Assembly (NCBI GenBank): GCA_963758635.1
Contig: CAVWWD010000005.1
Coordinates: 640,001 to 704,000, forward strand
DNA: 64,000 bases
From: an uncultured Candidatus Rokubacteria bacterium
Lineage (GTDB): Bacteria; Methylomirabilota; Methylomirabilia; Rokubacteriales; CSP1-6
Direction: 5' to 3'
Shown here piece by piece: positions 20,186 to 29,677 of the stretch (positions within the stretch are counted from its first letter, which is position 1; each line of letters opens with the position of its first letter). The position numbers and the translations under genes were made by a program. Under the pieces are notes generated by a model. That model searched no databases. It worked only from the letters and a program-made list of their open reading frames with translations, and was not told the DNA's origin.

Positions 20186-21731
20186 TTACATCACCGGGCC
20201 GATGATCCAGGGCGCGAACTCCTCCTCGCCCACCCCGGACAGCTCGCTCTTGCTCCGCTTGCCCGAGGCCACCGCGACCATCTCCTCGAAGATCTGACGC
20301 CCCACCTCGGGCAGCGGCGTGCCCTCGAGGATGACGCCGCAGTTGATGTCCATGTCCTCCTCCATGTGGCGGTACATCAACGAGTTCGTCGCCAGCTTGA
20401 TGGAGGGCACGGGCTTGCACCCGAATACCGAGCCGCGGCCGGTGGTGAAGCAGATGATGTTGCAACCGCCGGCCACCAGCCCCGTGATCGAGACGGGATC
20501 GTGGCCCGGCGTGTCCATGAACACGAAGCCGCGGGTGCTGATGGGCTCGCCGTACTGGAACACGTCCATCATCGGCGTGGTGCCGCCCTTGGTGACGCCG
20601 CCCAGCGACTTCTCGAACACGGTGGTGATGCCGCCCGCCTTGTTGCCGGGGGCGGGGTTGTTGTCCATCGCGTCGATGCCCCGGCAGTACCACTCCCACC
20701 ACTTGTAGCGGTCGATGAGCTTCTTGGCCACGCCCTCGTTGATGGCGCGACGGATCAGGAGGTGCTCGGCGCCGTAGATCTCCGGCGTCTCGGCGAGGAC
20801 GCCGGTGCCTCCGTACCGCACCAGCTCGTCCAGCGCCCAGCCCAGCGCGGGGTTCGCGGTGATGCCCGAGCTCCCGTCCGAGCCGCCGCAGTTGGTGGCG
20901 AGGGTCAGCTCCGACACCGGCTGCTTGCTGCGCCGCGCCTCGTTGGCCCACGGCAGCAGCTTGGCCACCTCGGCCACCGCCGTCTCCACCGTCTTCCGGA
21001 TGCCTCCCGCCTCCTGGATGTTCACGAGGAACGGCTTCCGCTCCGGGTGGCCGGGCGCGGCCATGCGCTGCTTGTCCACCATGACCGCGGCCTGGTTCGT
21101 CTCGCAGCCCAGGCCGACCAGGATGTAGGCGGCCACGTTCGGATGCTTCGCGTAGCCGGCAAGCACACGCTGGAGGGCCATGTGGTCCTCGCCGAAGAGC
21201 TTGGTGCCGCAGCCGGACTTGTGGGTGATGGCGAGCACGCCGTCGATGTTCGGGTAGTCCTTCTGGACGTCCCGGAACCGGTCCTTCACGAACTGGCTGA
21301 CGCTCGCCGAGCAGTTCACGCCGGAGATGATCGCCACGTAGTTGCGCGTGCCGACCCGCCCGTCGTCGCGCTTGTAGCCGTCGAAGTGACGCATCTTCTC
21401 GGGCGGGTAGAAGTCCACCGGCGTGACGTCCACGCCGATCTCGTAGCGGTCGGCGGACAGCTCGCCGATGCCCAGGTTGTGCGTGTGCACGTGGTCGCCC
21501 ACCGCGATGTCCGAGGTGGCGAAGCCGATCACCTGGCCGTAGCGCCGGACCGCCTCGCCCGTTCCGCGCGCGCGGCGAGCCACCTTGTGGCCGGGCCGGA
21601 TGTCCTGCCGCGCCTCGATACGGTCCGCCGTCCTCCAGCACGGTGCCGGCGGCGATCGGACGCTTGGCGATGGCAACGTCGTCCTCGGGCCTGAGGATGA
21701 TGGCGAGCTCGGTGATCGCGTGGGTGGCCAT
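20186..21731 (-). CDS. UxaA-family dehydratase/sulfo-lyase with N-terminal SAF domain (frameshift ~21625)
   Basis: GHKVA, HVHTHN, GRVGTRNY, CGGSDGSSG, PGNKAGG, EKSLG, FTTGRGS; AGGAGG RBS. Confidence 0.88.
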
Positions 21732-21773
21732 GGACGCTCCTCCTGGGCGAGATCGGGTCGCCGCCGAGTCTAA

Positions 21774-21990
21774 CACCATGGGGCGGGCACCCGGGCTTCG
21801 CCCGCCCGCCCCCTGCGGGCTTGGCACTCGGGGGGCGACGGCACGCGGGGCGCCCGCCCCCTGCGGGCCTGGCCTCGGGGGGCGACGGCAGCGGGGCGCC
21901 CGCTCCCTGCAGGCCTGGCCTCGGGGGGCGACGGCAGCGGGGCGCCCGCCCCCTGCGGGCCTGGCCTCGAGGCGGCGGCCACGGCAACGC
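21774..21990. repeat. Family D hairpin followed by a ~46-bp tandem repeat (3 full units, 1 partial)
   Basis: GCCCGCCCCCTGCGGGCCTGGCCTCGGGGGGCGACGGCAGCGGGGC-type units at 21804, 21852, 21898, 21944. Confidence 0.9.
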
Positions 21991-22083
21991 GCGCGCCCCC
22001 CCCGGCGGCCTGGGTCTCGGGGCGACCACGGCAGCGCGGGTGTCCGCCTGCCGCGGCGGCGGCTTCGGGGCTGCGCGGCCTGC

Positions 22084-23064
22084 CTATCGGGGGCGGTAGG
22101 CCTCGATGGTGTCGAGGATGCGGCGGCGGACGGCGGCCCGGGTGGCGGGATCCGACAGGTCGCGGGCGATCGCGTCGTCCTCGATCTCGTGCATCTTCAC
22201 GAAGCGCGGGGGCTGGCCGGGGGGCGTCTTCTCGGCGAACGGGGCGGCGCCGGCGAGGACCTCGTCCCACACCTCGCGCAGGAGGGCCCAGAACGCCTGG
22301 CGCGGCCGGGCGAAGGACTGGGCGGTCGCGCACTCGGCGTCGGGGAGCTTCACGTACCAGGTCTTGCCGAGCTCACGCACGAGCGGCCGGCGGCCCTCCG
22401 GGCCGTCGATGGTCTTGACGTTGTCCTGGCGCTCCAGCCAGCTCCCGCCGTAGGCGACGATGCGCGTGGTCCGCTGGAGCGCGTTGTAGTCCGAGCGCCG
22501 CATGTCGCGCGTCTCGCGGCCGGGCACCGGCGCGTAGTTCGCGCACGTCCACTCCGGATACGCGGTGTCGCTCGACCAGCGCGCCGCGCACTGATACCGC
22601 GGCCCCTCGTCGAGGTTGGTCACCCGCCTCGTCCAGAGACCCGGCGTGGCGCGGAGATCCTTCACGTGCCACACGTAGGGGCTCACGAAGTCGTACAGGA
22701 ACGGCGCGTCGAGCTCCCAGTCCTCGGTCTGGTGCTTGATCGCGGTGCCGGCGCGGACGACGCCGTCGAGGCCGGCCAGGAACAGGATGCGCTGGAGGCG
22801 CACGCGGCGGGCCGACACGGGCTCGACAGTGATCCACTCCTTCGCCGACTTGTCGCGGTTGACGTCGTAGACGCGGGGATCGCGCGTGTAGCCCGGCGCC
22901 AGGCTGTCCGTCTCGACGTAGCTGTAGTCGACGAGGAAACATCCGGCCATGCTGTGGAGGGCCGCGAGGCCACGGTCACGCGCGGAGTCCGCAGCCCAGG
23001 TCGCCGCACCCCACAACGCGACGGGAACCAGCAGGGCCGCCGCCACCAGTATCCGGAGGAGCAT
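22084..23064 (-). CDS. Secreted protein, DUF6607-like
   Basis: Signal peptide; MAGCFLVDYSYVET, LQRIL, KHQTEDW, GPRY, EQDN-like RQDNVK; family name from memory. Confidence 0.7.
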   Translation of the reverse strand: MLLRILVAAALLVPVALWGAATWAADSARDRGLAALHSMAGCFLVDYSYVETDSLAPGYTRDPRVYDVNRDKSAKEWITVEPVSARRVRLQRILFLAGLDGVVRAGTAIKHQTEDWELDAPFLYDFVSPYVWHVKDLRATPGLWTRRVTNLDEGPRYQCAARWSSDTAYPEWTCANYAPVPGRETRDMRRSDYNALQRTTRIVAYGGSWLERQDNVKTIDGPEGRRPLVRELGKTWYVKLPDAECATAQSFARPRQAFWALLREVWDEVLAGAAPFAEKTPPGQPPRFVKMHEIEDDAIARDLSDPATRAAVRRRILDTIEAYRPR

Positions 23065-23129
23065 CGATGTCCACCTCGTCTCGGAGATCGTCTCCCGTGG
23101 CTGGGTGCGCCGGGCGCCTGGCTGCAGGG

Positions 23130-23790
23130 CTACGTACCGTCGAGGGTCCTCCCGGCGCGCAGACCTGTCAATCGGCTGCGCGCCCTCCGGCGAAACCGCA
23201 GGAGGTCGCGGCTCACCGCCTCGGCGCTGAAGCGCTCCGACTCGAAGGGCTCCCCGAGCCACTCGATCAGCTCCCGCCGCCTGGCGTGGCGTGGGTTGGC
23301 CATCGCCTTGACCAGGTCGGTGTAGCCGGGGTAGCCGCCGCAGTCCTCGGGCGGACACGCCCGCGCGCCCGCGAGGCACACCGGGTAATGCTGGCCGGGC
23401 GCGGGAGACAGGATCTTCTCCACGCGGATGTCGTGCTGCCAGCCGTCGCCGAAGTCGTAGGTGTACTCGATCTCCGTCCCCACGGCGGGAGCGATGTCGG
23501 CCAGCGTGAAGCGGCGCTCGTTCAGGAACGTCGTCCTCGAACTCCTTCCACTCGCGCGCGCTGGTGCCGTAGCGGCGGCCGCCCACGACGAACTCGTGGA
23601 GGTGGTAGTTCTCCCATCCCATCACACGCTGGACCATGAGGTGGAGGCGATCGAGCGTGGTGCTGGCCGGGACCTGGAACCGACGCCAGATCGGCGGGCG
23701 GATCGCGCGGAGGGCGATCGTGAGCTGGTACACCATCGGCGGGCCGCCGCCTCGCACCAGACGTAGCCGTCCCCGCGACGTTCCCCGCAT
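23130..23790 (-). CDS. Plasmid pRiA4b ORF-3 family protein (frameshift ~23525)
   Basis: PPIWRRFQVP, MGWENYHLHEF, YTYDFGDGW, RACPPEDCGG. Confidence 0.88.
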
Positions 23791-23838
23791 GCGGCCGCAG
23801 TATAGCAATCGCGCGCGGCGAAACGGGCTCGACGCGCG

Positions 23839-23867
23839 TTGACAGCTTCGGGGCGGGTGCCTAGACT
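23839..23867 (+). promoter_or_regulatory. Sigma70-type promoter
   Basis: TTGACA-N17-TAGACT. Confidence 0.7.
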
Positions 23868-23896
23868 CCGGCCCCGTGACGACGACCTCGTCCGAG

Positions 23897-23989
23897 ATCG
23901 TGAATGGATGGCGAGACGGCACGCCGCGAGTCCGCAGAAGCGCGGTGTTGGCCCGCTTGCTGAAACCGAAACCCGCATTCCTTCACAAC
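23897..23989 (+). mobile_element. MITE-like repeat family C copy
   Basis: ATCGTGAATGGATGGCGAGACGG...CGCATTCCTTCACAAC. Confidence 0.78.
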
Positions 23990-24008
23990 CAGTCCGAGGA
24001 GGCCTGAC

Positions 24009-24797
24009 ATGGCGACGCTACGGAACACGGTGAAAGAACGGCTGGCCGCGGGGCAGCTCGCGCTCGGCCTCGGACTCAGGCAGGCGCGCACGGTGGACAT
24101 CGGGCGCGTGCTCGCCGCGTGCGGCTACGACTTCGCCTTCATCGACATGGAGCACAACACGATGGGCATCGACGTGGCCGCCCAGATCGCCGTGGCCTGC
24201 CACGACGCGGGCGTGGCGCCGCTCGTCCGCGTGCCCGGCTACGAGCACTACCTCGCCACGCGGCTCCTCGACGCGGGCGCCATGGGCATCGTGTTCCCCC
24301 ACGTCGACACCGCGGAGCACGCGCGCCGGCTCGTGGACAACTGCAAGTACCCGCCGATGGGCCATCGCTCGCTCGGCGGACCCATGGCCCAGCTCGGCTT
24401 CCGCCCGGTGCCCCGCGCCGAGTCCACCGAGATCGTGAACCGCGAGACGCTGCTCGTGATGATGCTGGAGACGCCCGAGGCCATCGCGAACGCCGGCGCC
24501 ATCGCCGCGGTGCCCGGCGTCGACGTGCTCCTGATCGGCACCAACGACCTCACCCTCGAGATGGGCATCCCGGGCAAGTACGACGACCCGCGCGTGGTCG
24601 ACGCGTACCGGGAGGTCGTGGCCGCGTGCCGCGCGCACGGCAAGCACGCGGGGATGGGCGGCATCTACGACAATCCCTCGATGGAGAGGTACATCCGGCT
24701 CGGGGCCCGGTTCATCCTGGGCGGCAGCGACATCACGTTCCTCATGGCCGGCGCCCAGGCGCGCGCCGACTTCCTCCGGGGGCTGTCTCTCTCGTGA
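24009..24797 (+). CDS. HpcH/HpaI aldolase family protein
   Basis: FIDMEH, LLDAGAMGIVFPHV, YPPMGHR, METPEA-like LETPEA, IGTNDL. Confidence 0.9.
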   Translation: MATLRNTVKERLAAGQLALGLGLRQARTVDIGRVLAACGYDFAFIDMEHNTMGIDVAAQIAVACHDAGVAPLVRVPGYEHYLATRLLDAGAMGIVFPHVDTAEHARRLVDNCKYPPMGHRSLGGPMAQLGFRPVPRAESTEIVNRETLLVMMLETPEAIANAGAIAAVPGVDVLLIGTNDLTLEMGIPGKYDDPRVVDAYREVVAACRAHGKHAGMGGIYDNPSMERYIRLGARFILGGSDITFLMAGAQARADFLRGLSLS

Positions 24798-24877
24798 GCA
24801 CCCGCGCATCAGACTGATGCCGAGCGGTGGGACGGTAGAGGCCCGTGGCGGTTATTGCACTCTGCGAGGGGTCATGA
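24792..24877 (-). repeat. Intergenic repeat family A, copy 4
   Basis: Reverse-complement homolog of 2581-2666; overlaps the aldolase stop codon. Confidence 0.82.
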
Positions 24878-24924
24878 GCCCGGCGCGGCCGCTCGAGCGC
24901 GCGAGCGGTGCTAGACTCGCGGCC

Positions 24925-25766
24925 ATGAGCCCACAGAGCGATCTCCGCGACGGCACCGTGTCGGCCAACGGCCTCACCTTCCACTACGTCGAGTCCGGGA
25001 ATCCCGCGGGGCGGCCCATCGTGCTGCTCCACGGCATCACCGGGCACGCGCGCACCTGGGACCGGCTGGCCCCGGATCTCGGCCACGCCTTCCGGGTCAT
25101 CGCCCTCGACCAGCGCGGCCACGGCGACAGCCACCCCGCCGCCGACGGCGACTACTCGACGGCGGCGATGGCGGGAGACCTCGGCGCGGTGGCCGACGCG
25201 CTCGGCCTTCACACGTTCACGCTCCTCGGCCTGTCCATGGGCGGGCGCGTGGCCATCGCCTTCGCGGGAACGCACCCGGCGCGAGTGGACCGCCTCGTGA
25301 TCGTGGACATCGGGCCGGACATCCACCTGCCCGGGCGGGAGCGCGTGCGCAGCATGATGGCCGGCGCGTCGGAGCGCATCGAGTCGGTCGAGCAGGCCAT
25401 GGAGTACATCCGGCGGGCGAACCCGCGCTACGACGAGGCGGAGCTCCGCCACCGCGTGACGCACGGCCTCAAGCGTCTGCCCGACGGCACGCTCGCCTGG
25501 AAGTACGACCGCGCGCTGCGCGAGATGATGCGGTCGGGCGGGCGGCGGGAGGAGATGGACCTCTGGGGGCCGCTCGGGCGGATCGCCTGCCCCACCCTGG
25601 TCGTGCGCGGCGCGGAGAGCGACATCCTCTCGCCGGAGATCGCCAAGCGGATGATGGACACGCTGCGCGAGGGACGCCTGGTGGAGATCCCGAGGCCGGC
25701 CACACCGTGCCGGGCGACCAGCCCGCGGCCTTCGCCGCCGCGGTCCGGTCGTTCCTGGGGGTCTGA
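24925..25766 (+). CDS. Alpha/beta hydrolase (frameshift ~25690)
   Basis: LLHG, DQRGHGDS, GLSMG; corrected end EAGHTVPGDQPAAFAAAVRSFLGV*. Confidence 0.88.
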
Positions 25767-26464
25767 CCCCGGCCGCCTGACCCCAAGGGGGCGACGCTTC
25801 CCTCCGGCAGCGAACCGTCGACGCGGCCGCGGAGCTTCCGCGCCGCCTCCGCGCGCATCACCTGCATCGCCCGCGTCTCCTGGTCGGAGTAGCGCTCCTC
25901 CTGCCAGGGATCGGCGCGCATGTGGTAGCCGTTCAGCTCCCAGAACCCGGGCGGGTTCACGTCGAGGAACTCGAAGCCGCGGAGCCACTTCGCGCTCTTC
26001 CAGAAGTAGAGCTTCGGCACGACGAGGCGGAGCGGCCCGCCGTGCTCCGGCGTGAGGTCCTGGCCGTCGTGCTTCGTGGCCAGCAGCACGTCGTCGTCGA
26101 GGAGGTCCTCGATCGCGAGGTTCGTCGTGTAGTCCGGGTCGGCGTGGACGAGGACGTGCGTGGCGCCCGGCGTGACCCGGGCCCGGCGAAGGATCTCGCG
26201 GAACGGGACGCCCTCGAAGCGGTTGTCCAGGCGCGACCAGTGCGTCACGCAGTGGATGTCGCACGTGACCTCGGCGCGCGGCAGGGCCAGGAACTCCGGC
26301 CAGGTCCAGCTCACCTCCTGCTCGACCAGGCCGAAGCACCGGAACCGCCACGTCGTGGGATCGAACCGGGGCGTGAGCCCGTAGGTGAGGACGGGCCACT
26401 TGGTCGTGAGCACCTGGCCCGGGGGGGTGCGCGCCGCCTCGTCGCCGGAGGGCCGGGTCTTCAC
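25469..26464 (-). CDS. Sulfite oxidase-like molybdopterin oxidoreductase (true 3' end uncertain, probably near 25800)
   Basis: PPGQ, DIHCVTHWS, EHGGPLRLVVP, YFWKSAKW, GFWE.NGYH. Confidence 0.85.
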   Translation of the reverse strand: MKTRPSGDEAARTPPGQVLTTKWPVLTYGLTPRFDPTTWRFRCFGLVEQEVSWTWPEFLALPRAEVTCDIHCVTHWSRLDNRFEGVPFREILRRARVTPGATHVLVHADPDYTTNLAIEDLLDDDVLLATKHDGQDLTPEHGGPLRLVVPKLYFWKSAKWLRGFEFLDVNPPGFWELNGYHMRADPWQEERYSDQETRAMQVMRAEAARKLRGRVDGSLPEGSVAPLGSGGRGQTPRNDRTAAAKAAGWSPGTVWPASGSPPGVPRAACPSSAWRSPARGCRSPRRARPGWGRRSARAAPRGPSPPAARPTASSRAARGRTSRRACRRADA

Positions 26465-26715
26465 TCGCGAATCCAGGACTCGGCGAGCGGGATCTCGGCC
26501 GCGCTCCGGCCGTCCGCGGCCGGGGCGACGCTGGGAGCGAGCCGGAGCAGCCCCTCCACTTCCGACCGGCGGTAGAGGCGCTGGCGCTTGATCCCCTGCC
26601 GGTAGCTCTTGAGGATGCCGCGGCTCACGTACGCGTAGAGCGTGGCCGGCTTCACCTCCATGAGGCCCGCCGCCTCGTCTACCGTGAGGTACTCCTCGCC
26701 GTCGACGACCACCAT
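26461..26715 (-). CDS. Excisionase/MerR-like helix-turn-helix protein
   Basis: YLTVDEAAGLMEVKPATLYAYVSRG. Confidence 0.85.
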   Translation of the reverse strand: MVVVDGEEYLTVDEAAGLMEVKPATLYAYVSRGILKSYRQGIKRQRLYRRSEVEGLLRLAPSVAPAADGRSAAEIPLAESWIRE

Positions 26716-26820
26716 GTCCCGATTCTAGCAGCGTTTTGCGGGCCCCATCCAGTCTGATGAAGTACCGTCTAGTAAAATCAATATAAATCATGTACGGTGC
26801 AGCCAAGGAGGAACCAGACC

Positions 26821-27984
26821 ATGGACAGCACGTGGAAGGCAGGGCTGGAGGACGTGATCGCCGCGCGCTCGGCCGTCTGCACGGTCGACGGCGAGGCCGG
26901 GCGCCTCTACTACCGCGGGTATGAGATCGGCGAGCTCGCCGGCGTGGTCGGTTTCGAGGCGATCACGCACCTCCTGTGGTTCGGGGAGCTGCCCACGCCC
27001 GCCGAGGCCGAGGCCTTCGAGGGCGCGCTCGCGGCGGCGCGCGAGGTGCCCGCGCCGGTGCTGGCGCTCCTGCGCACGTTGCCCCGCGACATGCACCCGC
27101 TCGACGTGCTGCGCACCGCGGTGTCCCTCGCCGCCGGGTCCGACCCCGACGCGCAATCGAACGAGCGGGACGCGAACGTGCGCAAGTCGATCCGGCTGAT
27201 GAGCCTGGTGCCCGCCACCGTCGCGGCGTGGCACCGCATCCGGAGCGGACGCGAGCCGCTGGCCGCCCGGGCCGAGGGCTCCCACGCCGCGCACGTCCTC
27301 CGGGTCCTCCTGGGGCGCGAGCCGGATCCCGAGGCGGCGCGGCTGATGGACGTGGCCCTCGCGCTGCACGCCGACCACGAGTTCAACGCGTCCACCTTCG
27401 CGGCCCGCGTCGCCGTGGCCACCCTGGCCGACCTCCACGCCGCCGTCGTGGCCGCCATCGCCACGCTCAAGGGGCCGCGCCACGGGGGCGCGAACGAGGA
27501 CGTGCTGCTGATGCTGGCGGAGATCGGCGACCCCGCGCGGGCCGAGGCCTTCGTGGAGGCGCGGCTCGGCGCCCGCGCCGGGCTCTCGCGCCAGGAGCGC
27601 GGCGACCCCCGGGCGCGGATGCCCGGCTTCGGCCACCGCGTGTACAAGGTCGACGACGCGCGGGCCCGCGTGCTGCGCGGCATGGCCCGCGAGGCGGCCC
27701 GGGCCACCGGCCGCACCCGGCTCCACGAGGTCGCCGAGGGCGTCTACGCGGCGATGCGGGCGCGGACGAGCCTGCCCGTCAACGTGGACTTCTTCTCCGC
27801 GGTGGTCTACGACGCCCTCGGCATCCCGCCCGACCTCTGCACGTCGATCTTCGCCACCGGGCGCGTGGCCGGCTGGTGCGCTCACGCCCTCGAGCAGTTC
27901 GCGGACAACCGCCTGATCCGCCCGCGTGCCCACTACGTGGGCCCTGCCCCCCGGTCCCTCGCCGCTAGCGCCGTCCCGGGCTAG
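26821..27984 (+). CDS. Citrate/2-methylcitrate synthase
   Basis: GLEDV, ADHEFNASTF, GPRHGGANE, GFGHRVYK, NVDFF. Confidence 0.92.
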   Translation: MDSTWKAGLEDVIAARSAVCTVDGEAGRLYYRGYEIGELAGVVGFEAITHLLWFGELPTPAEAEAFEGALAAAREVPAPVLALLRTLPRDMHPLDVLRTAVSLAAGSDPDAQSNERDANVRKSIRLMSLVPATVAAWHRIRSGREPLAARAEGSHAAHVLRVLLGREPDPEAARLMDVALALHADHEFNASTFAARVAVATLADLHAAVVAAIATLKGPRHGGANEDVLLMLAEIGDPARAEAFVEARLGARAGLSRQERGDPRARMPGFGHRVYKVDDARARVLRGMAREAARATGRTRLHEVAEGVYAAMRARTSLPVNVDFFSAVVYDALGIPPDLCTSIFATGRVAGWCAHALEQFADNRLIRPRAHYVGPAPRSLAASAVPG

Positions 27985-28042
27985 GCGGTTGTTTCCACTT
28001 CATTTCCATATGCGCTCGCCTCGCCGTCGGCTCGGCTCGCAA
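27985..28042 (-). repeat. Repeat family B copy
   Basis: Reverse complement TTGCGAGCCGAGCCGACGGCGAGGCGAGCGCATATGGAAATGAAGTGGAAACAACCGC. Confidence 0.75.
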
Positions 28043-28143
28043 AGCCACCTACCCTGACACCCGCGCGTGCTTGGTCCCGTCCGCGCCCGCCACCTATAAT
28101 GGTGGCGGGCGCCGGCACGGCGTCCGGGAGGGTGAGCTCCGTC

Positions 28144-28905
28144 ATGAGCGACGACCGGAAGCTCGCGATGTTCATCGATTTCGAGAACATCGTGCGCGGG
28201 GTGAAGGAAGCCCAGTACAAGCAGTTCGAGATCAAGCTGGTCCTCGAGCGCCTCGTCGAGAAGGGCAAGATCATGGTGAAGCGGGCGTACGCGGACTGGA
28301 GCCGCTACCTCGAGTACAAGCGCCCGTTCCACGAGCACGCCATCGAGCTGATCGACGTCCCCCAGAGCCGCTACAGCGGGAAGAACTCCGCGGACATCCG
28401 GATGGTCGTCGACGCCATGGACCTCGCGTACTCCAAGCAGCACGTCGACACCTTCGCCCTCGTCTCCGGCGACTCCGACTTCTCCCCGCTCGTGTCCAAG
28501 CTCCGGGAGAACGACCGCTTCGTGATCGGGCTGGGCGTGAAGTCCTCGTCCTCCGAGCTGCTCGTCGGCAACTGCGACGAGTTCATCTTCTACGAGGACC
28601 TGATCCGCGAGTCGAAGAAGACCACCGCGCTGCGCGGCCTGCCCGAGAAGAAGGCCGAAGCCTTCGCCCAGCTCATCGAGGCGGTGCAGGCGCTCCAGCG
28701 CGAGAACAAGGACACGCTCTGGGGCTCGATGGTCAAGCAGACGATGATCAGGAAGAACCCCGCCTTCAACGAGACGTACTACGGCTACTCGACGTTCTCG
28801 AAGCTCCTCGAGGAGGCGGCCAAGCAGCGCATCGTCACCCTCGAGCGCGACGCGAAGAGCGGCACCTACATCATCACCTCGCTCGAAGAAGGCCGGGCGG
28901 CGTAG
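28144..28905 (+). CDS. NYN domain protein with C-terminal OST-HTH/LOTUS domain
   Basis: FIDFEN, GKNSADI, SGDSDFSPL, YGYSTFSKLL. Confidence 0.92.
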   Translation: MSDDRKLAMFIDFENIVRGVKEAQYKQFEIKLVLERLVEKGKIMVKRAYADWSRYLEYKRPFHEHAIELIDVPQSRYSGKNSADIRMVVDAMDLAYSKQHVDTFALVSGDSDFSPLVSKLRENDRFVIGLGVKSSSSELLVGNCDEFIFYEDLIRESKKTTALRGLPEKKAEAFAQLIEAVQALQRENKDTLWGSMVKQTMIRKNPAFNETYYGYSTFSKLLEEAAKQRIVTLERDAKSGTYIITSLEEGRAA

Positions 28906-28909
28906 CCGC

Positions 28910-29521
28910 GTGACCCGGCCGCTCCTCCCCGCCCTCCTCGTCGTGGGGCTCTGGATCTCCGGGTGCTCCGCCCAGCCCGAGCCGTCCGCGCCCACCGCCG
29001 CGATCACCATGGATCCCCTCATGAGCCGGGGTCCGGCCACGGCGGCGGTGACCATCGTCGAGTTCTCCGACTACCAGTGACCGTACTGCAAGCGCGCCCA
29101 GCAGGTGCTGGGTCAGATCATGGCGGAGTTCCCGGAGAGCGTGCGGATCGTCTACAAGGACTTCCCCCTCGACTTCCACGACCGCGCGTGGCCCGCCGCG
29201 GAAGCGGCGCGCTGCGCGGGCGCGGGCGGCCGGTACTGGGAGTACCACGACCTCCTGTTCCTCGCCCTGCCCGCGTTCGAGCGCGACCAGCTCATCGGCT
29301 ACGCGGGACGCCTCGGGCTCGATCGCGCGTCGTTCACCGAATGCCTGGACAGCCGGCGCTTCCGGCGCGCCGTGGAGGCGGACGTGGCCGAGGGCAAGTC
29401 CGCCGGGGTGCGCGGCACGCCGACCTTCTTCATCAACGGCCGGCGCCTCGTCGGCGCGCAGCCCCTCGAGGCCTTCCGCGACGCCGTGCGCGGCGCGCTC
29501 GAGGAGGCGCGACGGCGCTGA
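28910..29521 (+). CDS. DsbA-like thiol/selenol oxidoreductase lipoprotein, Sec at codon 57 (UPYC)
   Basis: Lipobox ISGC; VTIVEFSDYQ-TGA-PYC; KDFPL; GVRGTPTFFING; hairpin after the UGA. Confidence 0.88.
29096..29113 (+). promoter_or_regulatory. Putative bacterial SECIS hairpin
   Basis: GCCCAGC-AGGT-GCTGGGT; loop follows 22 nt after UGA 29078-29080. Confidence 0.7.
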
Positions 29522-29677
29522 GGCGGAAATCTCCTTGCGGCCCCCGGGGCACTCCGGTAACGTGACTCATCGCGCCGTTCGCCGCCGCGACGGCGCTCCC
29601 GTGCCCGCGCGGGCACGGACGCACATCCCGGGCCCGGGATCGCTCCGCCGGGACTCGAACACGGAGGCTCGGACGAC

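Noticed and set aside
21804..21990. CRISPR array
   Set aside because: Head-to-tail units without unique spacers.
23130..23790. Integrated plasmid or IS implied by the pRiA4b ORF-3 gene
   Set aside because: No transposase, rep or integrase nearby; the family also occurs on chromosomes.
22084..23922. 612-aa pRiA4b/DUF6607 fusion
   Set aside because: Frameshift joins two separate genes.
26461..26715. Prophage excisionase
   Set aside because: No integrase or phage genes; context fits a citrate-synthase-linked regulator.
29078..29080. Nonsense mutation in the DsbA-like gene
   Set aside because: The TGA falls exactly on the catalytic Cys and is followed by a SECIS-like hairpin, so Sec is more likely.
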